Positions 51,421 through 61,135 of a stretch of DNA of 64,000 nt are shown piece after piece. Both the position numbers and the translations under genes were made by a program. Within the stretch, counting starts at the first letter, position 1; the number at the start of each line of letters is the position of its first letter. Source of the DNA: Bdellovibrio sp. (GTDB lineage: Bacteria; Bdellovibrionota; Bdellovibrionia; Bdellovibrionales; Bdellovibrionaceae); contig JAKFCY010000002.1 of the NCBI GenBank assembly GCA_036676395.1, positions 2,304,001-2,368,000 of the forward strand, read 5' to 3'. The notes beneath the pieces were generated by a model. It was not told the origin of the DNA, ran no database searches, and saw only the letters and a program-made list of their open reading frames with translations.

Positions 51421-52199
51421 TTTTGAATTCCCATAAAAATATAAACCACGCGAATAATATTCATTAAGAAATAATCAATAATAATAATGCCAACCATGCT
51501 CATCACCACGCCGTTGTTAGTAGCTTCGCCGACACCCTTAGCGCCGCCCTTAGTGTTATAGCCCTGATAAGTACAAATTACGGCGAATAATAAACCAAAG
51601 ATCGCTGACTTTATAAGACCTTCGTTAATATGGTGAAAATCAACAGTTTGACGAATTTTTTCAAAAAAGATGGCGCTATCAAGGCCTACGATTTTGGTAC
51701 ATAAAAACCATGAACCCAGCATCGCCATAAAATCAAATAATCCCGTTAATAGCGGCATACATAAAAATGCAGCTATAATACGTGGAGCAATTAAATATTG
51801 CTTGGTGTTTACACCCATCACATCAAGGGCATCCATTTGTTCATTTACACGCATGGTACCCAAACGTGCAGCCATGGCACCACCTGCACGGGCCGCAACT
51901 ATTAAGCCCGTTAACACCGGGCCTAATTCACGCGTAATCCCCAAGGCTACCGTTGGGCCTACAAGATTTACCGCATTCACTAATTTAAAACCTAAATAAA
52001 TTTGAAACGACAAGGCCAGGCCGGTAAATATACTGGTTAAAGTAATGATTCCCACCGATTGATTACCGATGAACTCCATGTGCTTAATCACTTCGCCGTA
52101 ACGATATGGCTTTGTGAACAGTAATCTAAGACTGGTGATCGCAAATAACGAAACTTCGCCAACATCATTAATTTTCTTTTTAAATTTTTCTAAAATCAC
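51417..52199 (-). CDS. mlaE: Mla ABC permease
   Basis: RELGPVLTGLIVAAR, LGTMRVNEQMDAL, GAKGVGEAT. Confidence 0.95.
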   Translation of the reverse strand: MILEKFKKKINDVGEVSLFAITSLRLLFTKPYRYGEVIKHMEFIGNQSVGIITLTSIFTGLALSFQIYLGFKLVNAVNLVGPTVALGITRELGPVLTGLIVAARAGGAMAARLGTMRVNEQMDALDVMGVNTKQYLIAPRIIAAFLCMPLLTGLFDFMAMLGSWFLCTKIVGLDSAIFFEKIRQTVDFHHINEGLIKSAIFGLLFAVICTYQGYNTKGGAKGVGEATNNGVVMSMVGIIIIDYFLMNIIRVVYIFMGIQK

Positions 52200-53365
52200 G
52201 ACTGCCCACCTTTGTAATGCCTAGGCACTCGCTCACCGACAGCCGTTAAGACTTCCCAGGTGATAGTTTCAGCCGCCTTCGCGGTTACTTCGGCGCTTAA
52301 AAAATTTCCTGCCGGATCATAACCGAACAAAATAACTTCTTCTTCGTCAAATTTCTGCGTGTTCGAATTTTTAACAACATCTGTTACATCTAACATTAAA
52401 AAATCCATGCAAATGCGGCCTACGATTGGAACTTCTTGGCCTGCAAAAAGAGCGCGACCGCGATTACTTAATAACCGGTGTACACCATCGGCATAACCAG
52501 CAGGAATTACTGCAATCGTTGAAAGTTTATCGGCTTTCCAGGTAGCGCCGTAAGAAACAGACTCGCCGGCATGTAACTGACGAATATTATTCACCATCGA
52601 TTTAAAGGTCATCACAGGTTTTAAATCCATACTGTTTAACTTTTCTGACGGCGAATAACCATACAACATTAAGCCAGGGCGAAATCCCCAGTTCGTTTTA
52701 TTTAAAAAATGTTCTGGATTATTTTTCACCACAGGTTCAGCTAGACTGGCAATGCCGCCTGAATTTAATAAATGCGCCCAGACATCTTCATCCTTAAAAT
52801 AAGAATGAATTTCAGAGAGCTGTTTTGCCTGCGCTGCCGATTGACCATCAATTAAAACAGCATCTTCACCACAGTAAAAATGGCTTAAAATTGCACGCAG
52901 TTTTAATTTTTTTGAATTTTTAAAATAAGTTCTTAATTTTTCGGCCTCAAGAGGAGAAAAACCTAAACGGTTCATTCCGGTATTAAACTTTAAATGAACC
53001 TTAATCGGTTCATCAGCCACACTCTCTAAAGCTATGATTTGCTCCCACGTGCTGACTACCGGAGTCATCTGTGCATCAAAAATTTTCTGAGCTCCTTGTT
53101 TATCAAAACCACGAAAGACTAAAATTTTTGATTTGATGCCATAATTTCTTAAAAGTAAGCCTTCTTCAATCAGGCAAACTCCTAAATGATTTGTGCCTAG
53201 GTTTTCTAAATGCTTTGCCACTTCAAGATCACCGTGGCCATAAGCATTTGCTTTCACCATCGGACAGACAAAGCGCCCTTCGCCAGCCACTTTTTTAATT
53301 TGAAAAAAGTTATGACTTAAATGATCTAAATTAATTTCAGCAAACGTGCGGCGGAACATTTCCAT
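52196..53365 (-). CDS. alr: Alanine racemase
   Basis: VKANAYGHG, TGMNRLG, SYG, GYADG, GRICMD. Confidence 0.97.
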   Translation of the reverse strand: MEMFRRTFAEINLDHLSHNFFQIKKVAGEGRFVCPMVKANAYGHGDLEVAKHLENLGTNHLGVCLIEEGLLLRNYGIKSKILVFRGFDKQGAQKIFDAQMTPVVSTWEQIIALESVADEPIKVHLKFNTGMNRLGFSPLEAEKLRTYFKNSKKLKLRAILSHFYCGEDAVLIDGQSAAQAKQLSEIHSYFKDEDVWAHLLNSGGIASLAEPVVKNNPEHFLNKTNWGFRPGLMLYGYSPSEKLNSMDLKPVMTFKSMVNNIRQLHAGESVSYGATWKADKLSTIAVIPAGYADGVHRLLSNRGRALFAGQEVPIVGRICMDFLMLDVTDVVKNSNTQKFDEEEVILFGYDPAGNFLSAEVTAKAAETITWEVLTAVGERVPRHYKGGQS

Positions 53366-53370
53366 ATTAG

Positions 53371-54828
53371 TTAGGGCTCCACTACAAAGTCAGGCTTATG
53401 TTCAGGGGGTGATTTATAAAAACAAATTTTATCGCCACCTTTCTGAGAAATAAAATTTAAAGCTCGCGTAGCGCTTTCATCAAGATCAAACGCATTACGG
53501 GTTAAGGTTGGGTATTCGCTAATGCCTTGGCTAATTGTGATACTTACTCCGGCACGCACCAGATTTTCTTTAATCATACCCTGACGAAGACGGTCAGATC
53601 TTAAAGCTGCACCTTTACGGTTACAGTTTGTTAAAATCATCGTGAATTCATTTTCACCTGTTCGGCATAAATAATCATTTAAACGAGACGTCGCCTTTAT
53701 CACTTCTGATACAGCCAGTATTATCTGATCAGCGGCGGCGCGACCAAGGCTTGCTTCAAGTTCGGCAAACTTATCAATAGATACTTTAATTAATGATAAC
53801 GGAACAAAACCACGTTTACTGCGATCGACTTCGCGCTCTAATACACGTGAATAAAATAACTGATTATAAAAACCCGTTAAATGATCTTCGATATCAAGCT
53901 GTTTTGGCTCTGCTTCGTAAACATAAAGCGTGTAAACTAAACTCATTAAGGAAAAATCTTCGGCCACTTCAGCAGAAATGTCTTGAGTCGTAATTAAAAT
54001 GCCTTCGATCTTATCGCGGATGATCATCGGTAAAAATTTAACACGGTCGGTGTCAAATTTACGTTTAAGGTAAGTGCCAAAGGCTGCCGGCAATGTGCCA
54101 GTTAACAGTTGCGGCATAAAATCGCTGTCTTTGCTGTTCACTTTATACGATAAACCTTCAACCCATGCTTCAGGTACACCAGCAAACGATACACATAAGA
54201 AAGTTTCAATACTTGGAACATATTTTAAATAGATCCAAGATTGGGTTGGTGTTTGGCTGTAAAATGTATTTAATAAATCTTCTTTAGATGTTGCTGATTT
54301 GTATTCAGCAATACGCAATTGGTACGGGCGCACTTCAGGCGCCTGGCGTTCGCTGGTTAAAGTGTTTTGCACTTTTTCACGAGCCGAAGTTTCTTTTTGT
54401 AAATCTTCAGCGAGCTGTTCATTTTGGTAAGTGCGAAAAATAATTTCACAGATATTATCAACCGATTGCAAAACTTGCTGATCTACCGCTGGTTCAGCTG
54501 CATTAAAAACACTATAAACATTAAATTTTTTATAATTTTTAAAAGCAGCAATTTGATCAGCAGGCGCCAAAAAGATAAATTTAATTTCTTTAGAGGCCTG
54601 CAGCGATTTTTGAATAAATTCATGCGGCGCAAGTAATGAACCGCGAATATCAAAAATCACCACATGCGGCGGGCTATCTTCGATGCGAAATAATTGTTCA
54701 TCCACATCAGCAAAATAATAATTTTCGTATTCTGCGGCAGTTAGCGCGTGTTTAATCTGCGTCCCTAAATTTACATCTTGGGTAAATATCGAAACGCTAA
54801 ACTGCGAGGCAAATTCTCTGATATTCAT
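53371..54828 (-). CDS. Degenerate GGDEF protein with N-terminal pseudo-receiver (CdgA-like c-di-GMP receptor)
   Basis: DHLTGFYN; RLND I-site followed by TGENEF in place of GGDEF. Confidence 0.85.
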   Translation of the reverse strand: MNIREFASQFSVSIFTQDVNLGTQIKHALTAAEYENYYFADVDEQLFRIEDSPPHVVIFDIRGSLLAPHEFIQKSLQASKEIKFIFLAPADQIAAFKNYKKFNVYSVFNAAEPAVDQQVLQSVDNICEIIFRTYQNEQLAEDLQKETSAREKVQNTLTSERQAPEVRPYQLRIAEYKSATSKEDLLNTFYSQTPTQSWIYLKYVPSIETFLCVSFAGVPEAWVEGLSYKVNSKDSDFMPQLLTGTLPAAFGTYLKRKFDTDRVKFLPMIIRDKIEGILITTQDISAEVAEDFSLMSLVYTLYVYEAEPKQLDIEDHLTGFYNQLFYSRVLEREVDRSKRGFVPLSLIKVSIDKFAELEASLGRAAADQIILAVSEVIKATSRLNDYLCRTGENEFTMILTNCNRKGAALRSDRLRQGMIKENLVRAGVSITISQGISEYPTLTRNAFDLDESATRALNFISQKGGDKICFYKSPPEHKPDFVVEP

Positions 54829-56528
54829 CCTTTTTCTGGCCTTCTGATTTTTACTTTTGTTTGATCGGCTTTTTTATTTTCAGTAGTTTCGATGTCGATA
54901 ACAGGATCTTCAATAATCGACATCTTTTCATCTAATTTAATTTTAGCCGGCTGCATTTCTTTTTCGATATTAATTTTCGTTTCACTGACTGGCGATTCGT
55001 CATCCAATGATAAAAGCGCATCGATATCCAAATCATTTTGCACAGGATTAACAGGCTTAACCTCTGACAATTTAAACTCGCTATCATCAACATCGTTTAA
55101 TTCAAAGCGCATCTCAGCCGGAGCCGCAGTATTTACCAATGGCACAACCGGCTCGGCTGTAACTTCTGGGCGAGTAAAGCTAAATCTGAAGATCGACTCA
55201 CCAGCGCTTGATGCCACTTGCGAAAACTCGGCATTAGCTTCCATAAGCACAGGCACAATAGCTTCATGTAAATTAAGTTTTTCAATCGGCGCTTGAATTT
55301 CTAAAACAGTTACGCGCTCAACATCGTACGAGCGAAGCTGAATGCGTTTTTTACCATCTGGCAAAATCGTCGCCACATTTAACAACACATTTTCAAAGAT
55401 TTTAATGAATTTTGGATAATCTAAAAGCACTGTTTCGCCAGACACGAATTCTTTTTTAATCACAACGCCTAGTGATTTAAGCTGGCGGTCTAAATTAAAA
55501 ATCGCCTGTTGTACGCAAGCCTGAACTTGAATTGGAACAACTTGCGCATCAACATCAAATTCAAGCGGTATATTTATTTGTGGTGGCGCCGTTGGCTTTA
55601 AATTCGAGTGTCGCGCCATCGGCTGGGGCACCGGCGCGGCAGCTGCAAGCCCAATTCCTATGGATTCTGCTTCCATGACAGGTTTAACTGACGCTGGCGC
55701 GGCTTGTGCGTACTCAGGTTTAGCCACAAAAAGCAGAATACCCGACATTAAAAATCCAAGACCTACGATAATTCCAAGCATTGAAAAGGGAATATCAAAA
55801 TTTGATTGCGCTTTTTTTGATGTATAACTTAATAAATTTAAATTTGTACCGCGCAATTCTTGGCGGTCGACAAAAAAGTTTTTTTCAGAAACTTTGTTTT
55901 CATCAGAAAGGTTTCCGACATATTCGTACTCGGTGTGCGCAGCTACGGTTTTATCAGCGGTTAATAAAACTTGAGTGATTGAGCTTGTTCGCTGTAAATC
56001 AAAAAATCTTTGAAAGTAACTGATATCACCGACAACCATGACCCCGCTGCGTGGTTGATTGTTTCTTTTTTCGCGATCAAAAACAGTTATCGCCAAATGC
56101 ACTAAGCCACTGGCATCTTTAAAAGTTTGCACACGCAACAAGTGGTTGCCAGAAACCTTGGCGTTTAAATTTTGCTGTAAAGTTGTCGAATTCCAACGCT
56201 CAGCCACAGAGCCTGATTGCAAAAACAGTTTATTCACCGCTAGACGGTTTGCAGAGTCTTCTTGCACAACAGCCAAGGCGTAAAAGGGCTTAAGCTGAAC
56301 CCAGTTAATTTTCGATTCGTCTATTTGCACGGTGTATGTGCTTAACGTATTACGCAATTGTGAAATCTGGCTCACTAATGAGGAACGCAAAGCTGTTAAT
56401 TGAGTTTGCAACTGATTTTGTTTAGCTGAGACTTTTTCAGCGCGATAAGTTTCATTTAATTTCCATAGCGCAATGCCTACGACAAGAAAAATTAACGCAA
56501 TACTGGAATAAACGGTTTTTAACTTCAT
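54825..56528 (-). CDS. Membrane protein with periplasmic domain and degenerate HATPase-like region
   Basis: Two TMs; FIKIFENVLLN N-box-like helix but no H-box or G boxes; acidic tail. Confidence 0.6.
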   Translation of the reverse strand: MKLKTVYSSIALIFLVVGIALWKLNETYRAEKVSAKQNQLQTQLTALRSSLVSQISQLRNTLSTYTVQIDESKINWVQLKPFYALAVVQEDSANRLAVNKLFLQSGSVAERWNSTTLQQNLNAKVSGNHLLRVQTFKDASGLVHLAITVFDREKRNNQPRSGVMVVGDISYFQRFFDLQRTSSITQVLLTADKTVAAHTEYEYVGNLSDENKVSEKNFFVDRQELRGTNLNLLSYTSKKAQSNFDIPFSMLGIIVGLGFLMSGILLFVAKPEYAQAAPASVKPVMEAESIGIGLAAAAPVPQPMARHSNLKPTAPPQINIPLEFDVDAQVVPIQVQACVQQAIFNLDRQLKSLGVVIKKEFVSGETVLLDYPKFIKIFENVLLNVATILPDGKKRIQLRSYDVERVTVLEIQAPIEKLNLHEAIVPVLMEANAEFSQVASSAGESIFRFSFTRPEVTAEPVVPLVNTAAPAEMRFELNDVDDSEFKLSEVKPVNPVQNDLDIDALLSLDDESPVSETKINIEKEMQPAKIKLDEKMSIIEDPVIDIETTENKKADQTKVKIRRPEKG

Positions 56529-56651
56529 TTTGCTTCTTGCATCCTTGCTAAAAGACTATCACTTCTATTCTGTTTTGTTTCAGAAGATAGTGCAACAATT
56601 TCTCATACAAATTACTTAGACAATTTAGGTTTCTGGGATTACAAAGCTTGC

Positions 56652-58295
56652 ATGACAAAACTGAATGTGAAACACCATGCAGAAATTATGATTGTAGGCT
56701 CTGGAGTTGCGGCTCTGAGTATGGCTTTAAAGGTAGCCGATACTAAATCTGTTTTTATCGTCACCAAAGATAAAGGCCCTAATAGTAATTCGGCCATGGC
56801 TCAAGGGGGCATCGCTTCGGTCACTGATCAATCCGACAGCTTTGAAAGCCACATTCGCGACACCGTCATTGCAGGCGCTGGCCTTTGTGATCTTAACGCC
56901 GTGCGTGACGTTGTTATGCAAGCTCCTGAAAGAATTAAAGATTTAGTTAATTGGGGCGTTGAGTTTGATCCCGAACTTACACGCGAAGGTGGCCATTCAG
57001 AACGCCGTATTTTGCATTTCGAAGATCAAACAGGTGCAGAAATTCATCGCAAACTCTGGAACAAAGTAACCTCGCATCCAAACATTCAAATTTTTGAAAA
57101 TCACTTTGCCATTGATCTGATCGTCAACAAACAGGTCGATCCCACCTTAGTTGGTCCGACCGCAGTTATTGGCAGTTATGTATTAAACAAACTTACTGGT
57201 GATGTTGAAGTGTTTACGGCCAACACCACGATTCTTGCCACTGGCGGAGCCGGAAAAGTTTATCTTTACACCTCGAACTGGGGTGGGGCAACCGGTGATG
57301 GTATCGCCATGGCTTACCGAGCGGGTGCGCGCGTTGCTAATTTAGAATTTATGCAATTTCATCCGACCTGCCTTTACCATAAAGATTCACGCAATTTTTT
57401 AATTAGCGAAGCGGTACGCGGTGAAGGCGGAGAATTAATCAATGCTAAAGGCGAAGCTTTTATGCGAAAAATTCACCCGCTGGGTTCACTTGCTCCGCGT
57501 GACATTGTCGCTCGCAGTATTGATGCCGAGATGAAAAAATCAGGCGAACCCTGCGTATTCTTAGATATCTCACATCGTGAAGGTGAATTTGTAGAATCAC
57601 ATTTTCCAACTATTCATGCGCGCTGTTTAGAATACGGCATCGACATGACTGAAAAACCAATTCCCGTTGTTCCTGCAGCACACTATTTATGTGGTGGCGT
57701 GAAAACTACAACATCAGGAAAAACAGATATCGTAGGTCTTTACGCTATTGGTGAAATTGCCTGCACCGGCTTACATGGCGCCAATCGCTTAGCTTCAAAT
57801 TCATTATTAGAATGTTTAGTGATGTCGCATAATGCTTCGGTTGAGATTGCACAAAATTGGAATGAACTCTCTGCTGCCACAAAAACTAAAACTGAACCGA
57901 AAGCTTGGACCAAACCGGATGAAACCAACCAAGATGAAATGGTTGTGATCAATCACATGTGGGAAGAAATTCGTCGTTTGATGTGGAACTATGTCGGCAT
58001 TGTGCGTTCAACAAAACGTTTAGAACGCGCGCAGCACCGTCTGCAAAACATCATGCAAGAAGTAAAAGAATATTACTCGAATATGAAAATGCACAGTGAT
58101 ATTTTAGAACTTCGCAATATCGCCATCGTTGCAGATCTAACGGTGCAATGTGCATTACAAAGAAAAGAATCGATCGGCATTCACTACTCGCTGGATTACC
58201 CGCCAAGTGAATTACCTTCCTTAAGTCCAGACACTTTAGATTTACAGACCTACTCTAAAGGAAATGACACCGTTTTACTGCGCGGTTTGAATTAA
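56652..58295 (+). CDS. nadB: L-aspartate oxidase
   Basis: GSGVAA, AQGGIA, EGGHS..RILH, QFHPT, LHGANRLASNSLLE. Confidence 0.97.
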   Translation: MTKLNVKHHAEIMIVGSGVAALSMALKVADTKSVFIVTKDKGPNSNSAMAQGGIASVTDQSDSFESHIRDTVIAGAGLCDLNAVRDVVMQAPERIKDLVNWGVEFDPELTREGGHSERRILHFEDQTGAEIHRKLWNKVTSHPNIQIFENHFAIDLIVNKQVDPTLVGPTAVIGSYVLNKLTGDVEVFTANTTILATGGAGKVYLYTSNWGGATGDGIAMAYRAGARVANLEFMQFHPTCLYHKDSRNFLISEAVRGEGGELINAKGEAFMRKIHPLGSLAPRDIVARSIDAEMKKSGEPCVFLDISHREGEFVESHFPTIHARCLEYGIDMTEKPIPVVPAAHYLCGGVKTTTSGKTDIVGLYAIGEIACTGLHGANRLASNSLLECLVMSHNASVEIAQNWNELSAATKTKTEPKAWTKPDETNQDEMVVINHMWEEIRRLMWNYVGIVRSTKRLERAQHRLQNIMQEVKEYYSNMKMHSDILELRNIAIVADLTVQCALQRKESIGIHYSLDYPPSELPSLSPDTLDLQTYSKGNDTVLLRGLN

Positions 58296-58298
58296 TTT

Positions 58299-58326
58299 TT
58301 GACTTCATTTTGTCCTCGGTTAGACT
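58299..58326 (+). promoter_or_regulatory. Putative sigma70 promoter, leaderless geometry
   Basis: TTGACT-N16-TAGACT-N6-ATG(58333). Confidence 0.55.
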
Positions 58327-58332
58327 TGAGGT

Positions 58333-59184
58333 ATGAAACGATCTGAATCATTTTTTCGCGGCTATGACCAAACTAAATTATACTTACAAAAATGGGATGC
58401 AGATAATTCTTGCGGCACTATTTTATTTAATCACGGCCAAGCTGAACATTCTGATTGTTACAACCGCCTGATTGACGGCTTTCAAAAAAGTGAACAGGGC
58501 AAAAACTGGAGCTTTATCGGCTGGGACATGCGCGGCCACGGAAAATCTGAAGGCATGCGCGGTTATGCCAAAGATTTCGATGAGTATGTTTTAGATTATC
58601 ATTTGTTCTTAGATGAATGTTTAAAAATCGATTCGGTCAAAAACAAACCGGTGATGTTACTAGGTCATTCAATGGGTGGCTTAGTTCAATCTTGCGCTCT
58701 TCGTGAAAAGAAATATGATCAATTTAAAGCCCAAGTATTAAGTTCACCGTTATTTGGCATTAGCCAACCGATCCCCGCCTGGAAAGAATCAGGTTCTGAA
58801 ATTTTAAATGCGTTATTACCCAAAGTGACTTTAGGTAATGAAATTACAAATGAACAATTAACTCGCGATCCTGATGTCATTAAAGAATATGAACAAGACA
58901 CTTACCGCCATAATAAAATTTCAGCTGGAGTATTTTTAGGATTTAAGCGCGAATTTGATAAAATCACATCTACTGCCGGCAGCATTACTTTGCCGACGTT
59001 ATTGCATATTTCTGATAACGACCCGGTAGTGTCGACTGCGCAAGCCCAATTATTTTTTGAAAATTTAGCCACCACAGATAAGGTTTTAAAAATTTATGAC
59101 GGCGGCAAACACGAACTTTATAACGATATCGTGCGTGATGATGTTTATAATCTAGTTATTGAATTTATCAACAAACATAAATAG
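58333..59184 (+). CDS. Alpha/beta hydrolase, lysophospholipase family
   Basis: HGQAEH, DMRGHGKS, GHSMGG, DPVV, KHEL. Confidence 0.92.
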   Translation: MKRSESFFRGYDQTKLYLQKWDADNSCGTILFNHGQAEHSDCYNRLIDGFQKSEQGKNWSFIGWDMRGHGKSEGMRGYAKDFDEYVLDYHLFLDECLKIDSVKNKPVMLLGHSMGGLVQSCALREKKYDQFKAQVLSSPLFGISQPIPAWKESGSEILNALLPKVTLGNEITNEQLTRDPDVIKEYEQDTYRHNKISAGVFLGFKREFDKITSTAGSITLPTLLHISDNDPVVSTAQAQLFFENLATTDKVLKIYDGGKHELYNDIVRDDVYNLVIEFINKHK

Positions 59185-59197
59185 GAAAATTCCAGCT

Positions 59198-59779
59198 ATG
59201 AAAAACTTTTTATTATTAATTTTACCTTTTATTGTTTTAAGTTGTATTCACCGCCTACCGACTCCTGAGGGCATTAAAGATATTTCAACTTCTGAATACG
59301 AAGACATTGTTGAAGCTAAAACTAAAAAAACCGAAGTTTATGATGGCCTTTATAATAAACTGACGGTGCAAACTACCCGTTTAGACGCTGATATGAGCGA
59401 AAATTTGGTGGCTTACCAGGCCAAACTTGGCCAATGGAGTTTAGAAAAATACAAAGAAGAAAAAGCTAAAATCATCGCCAAACATTCTGACAGCACAGAA
59501 GTTTTTATGAGTTTTTTTACCCCTGAACGTAAACATGATGATTTACATACGAAAAGAACTACTTGGAAAGTTTATCTTGAAGTTGGTGGTCAACGCTACG
59601 AAGGTAAAATCACTAAAATCAAAGGTCTACAGCTAGACATCGAATCGATTTACCCACACCATAATCGCTGGTCATCACCCTATTCAGTACTGTTTCCGGT
59701 ATCTACGCCTGCGACTGATGGCAAGCCTGTGGTTATTACGGTTACGGGCCCATTGGCAACTACGCAGCTAGTGTACTAA
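59198..59779 (+). CDS. Hypothetical lipoprotein
   Basis: ATG 59198, lipobox VLSC. Confidence 0.75.
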   Translation: MKNFLLLILPFIVLSCIHRLPTPEGIKDISTSEYEDIVEAKTKKTEVYDGLYNKLTVQTTRLDADMSENLVAYQAKLGQWSLEKYKEEKAKIIAKHSDSTEVFMSFFTPERKHDDLHTKRTTWKVYLEVGGQRYEGKITKIKGLQLDIESIYPHHNRWSSPYSVLFPVSTPATDGKPVVITVTGPLATTQLVY

Positions 59780-59864
59780 TTACTGTACAAAATCATTACA
59801 GGCGAAATGCCCGTCCCCTTTTGTTAGAACGAATACAGCTAAAAAAAACAAAGGGGAGACTTTT

Positions 59865-60266
59865 ATGAAAAATTTATTCATCGCTTTAATGGTTTCAGCA
59901 ACGGCATCTACGGTTATGGCCCAGACTGCTGATATGATCACAGTTCGCTACAACTGCAAACAGGCTGTACCGAATAAAAAAGTTGCAACGAAAGTGCAAA
60001 TGCTGACTGGCGGATTCGCCGGATTAACAGAAATTCGTGTTTATAAAATCTCGAAAGAAAAAGTAACCTTAGATAAATACTATGTAAAACAAGATAAACC
60101 AATTCCTGGCTTAGCCGGTGGTGCTACGGTTTACCGCGGCCAGGATGGTATGTCTTTTAGTATTAACCAAACTACAAATCCAATGATGTCACGTAAAGCG
60201 ACTTTAGTAGAAGAAGATGGCAAAGCCACGGCCCTACTTTGTGATTTAAATAAAAAGAAAAACTAA
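59865..60266 (+). CDS. Secreted hypothetical protein
   Basis: SD GGGGAG, signal peptide (VMA-Q), two Cys near the termini. Confidence 0.75.
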   Translation: MKNLFIALMVSATASTVMAQTADMITVRYNCKQAVPNKKVATKVQMLTGGFAGLTEIRVYKISKEKVTLDKYYVKQDKPIPGLAGGATVYRGQDGMSFSINQTTNPMMSRKATLVEEDGKATALLCDLNKKKN

Positions 60267-61135
60267 GAAATCTCTTTCGGAGCCTGCTGTTTATTTTTTA
60301 ATAACAGCAGCGCTACCAGCGTAGCTAAATACGGCAACATCTGGATAAATTCGTTCGGAATTTTCACATTTAAATTCATATTTTGTAATTGAATCTGAAT
60401 TGCTTCAGCAAAACCAAAAAATAAAACCACAATCCACGCTTTACGCAAATTCCAGCCGGCAAAGATCACCGCGGCTAACGCGATAAACCCGCGGCCTGCG
60501 CTCATAAGTGGTGAATAACTTGAGGCTAAGTATGTTGATAGAATGGCGCCGCCGATTCCTGTGATCAACGCACCTAAAGTAACAGCTTGCCAGCGACGTT
60601 TGATGGGTGAAATACCGACACTGGTTAAAGCTTCAGATTTTTCGCCGGCGAATTTAATTTGTAAGCCAAAACTAGATTTTTCGGCAATCCAGTAACAAAG
60701 CGCAAGCATTAAAACAGTCACAACGCTGACCATGATTAATGATTGGTTAAGGGCTGCTTCTGAAGTATCAATGGCCGGAGTTGAACCTGTTGATTCAAAT
60801 AATGTTTTACTGACGATTGGAATTAACCCCATCGCAAGTAGATTCATGCCGGTTCCAACAACAATTGAGTTGGCTTTAAATTTAAAAATTAAAATATTAA
60901 AAATTTGTGCAAACGCAGCTGCAACCAAGGCTGCTGCTACATAACCTACTACTAACGAGTTTGTTTGAAAACTGACTGCGGCTGCGGTGAAAGCACCAAT
61001 TAATAAATACGCCTCTAGTCCGATCTGTGCGACTCCCGATTTTTCAGAGAAATAACCGCCGCTGGCTGCAAATAAAATCGGTAACGACATCCGAATGCTG
61101 GCTAGAATTAAACCTAAAAGAATTTCAGCACTCAT
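60263..61135 (-). CDS. Nucleoside/simple-sugar ABC permease 2
   Basis: SEKSGV..IGLE, GRGFIALAAVIF, QMLPY. Confidence 0.92.
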   Translation of the reverse strand: MSAEILLGLILASIRMSLPILFAASGGYFSEKSGVAQIGLEAYLLIGAFTAAAVSFQTNSLVVGYVAAALVAAAFAQIFNILIFKFKANSIVVGTGMNLLAMGLIPIVSKTLFESTGSTPAIDTSEAALNQSLIMVSVVTVLMLALCYWIAEKSSFGLQIKFAGEKSEALTSVGISPIKRRWQAVTLGALITGIGGAILSTYLASSYSPLMSAGRGFIALAAVIFAGWNLRKAWIVVLFFGFAEAIQIQLQNMNLNVKIPNEFIQMLPYLATLVALLLLKNKQQAPKEIS

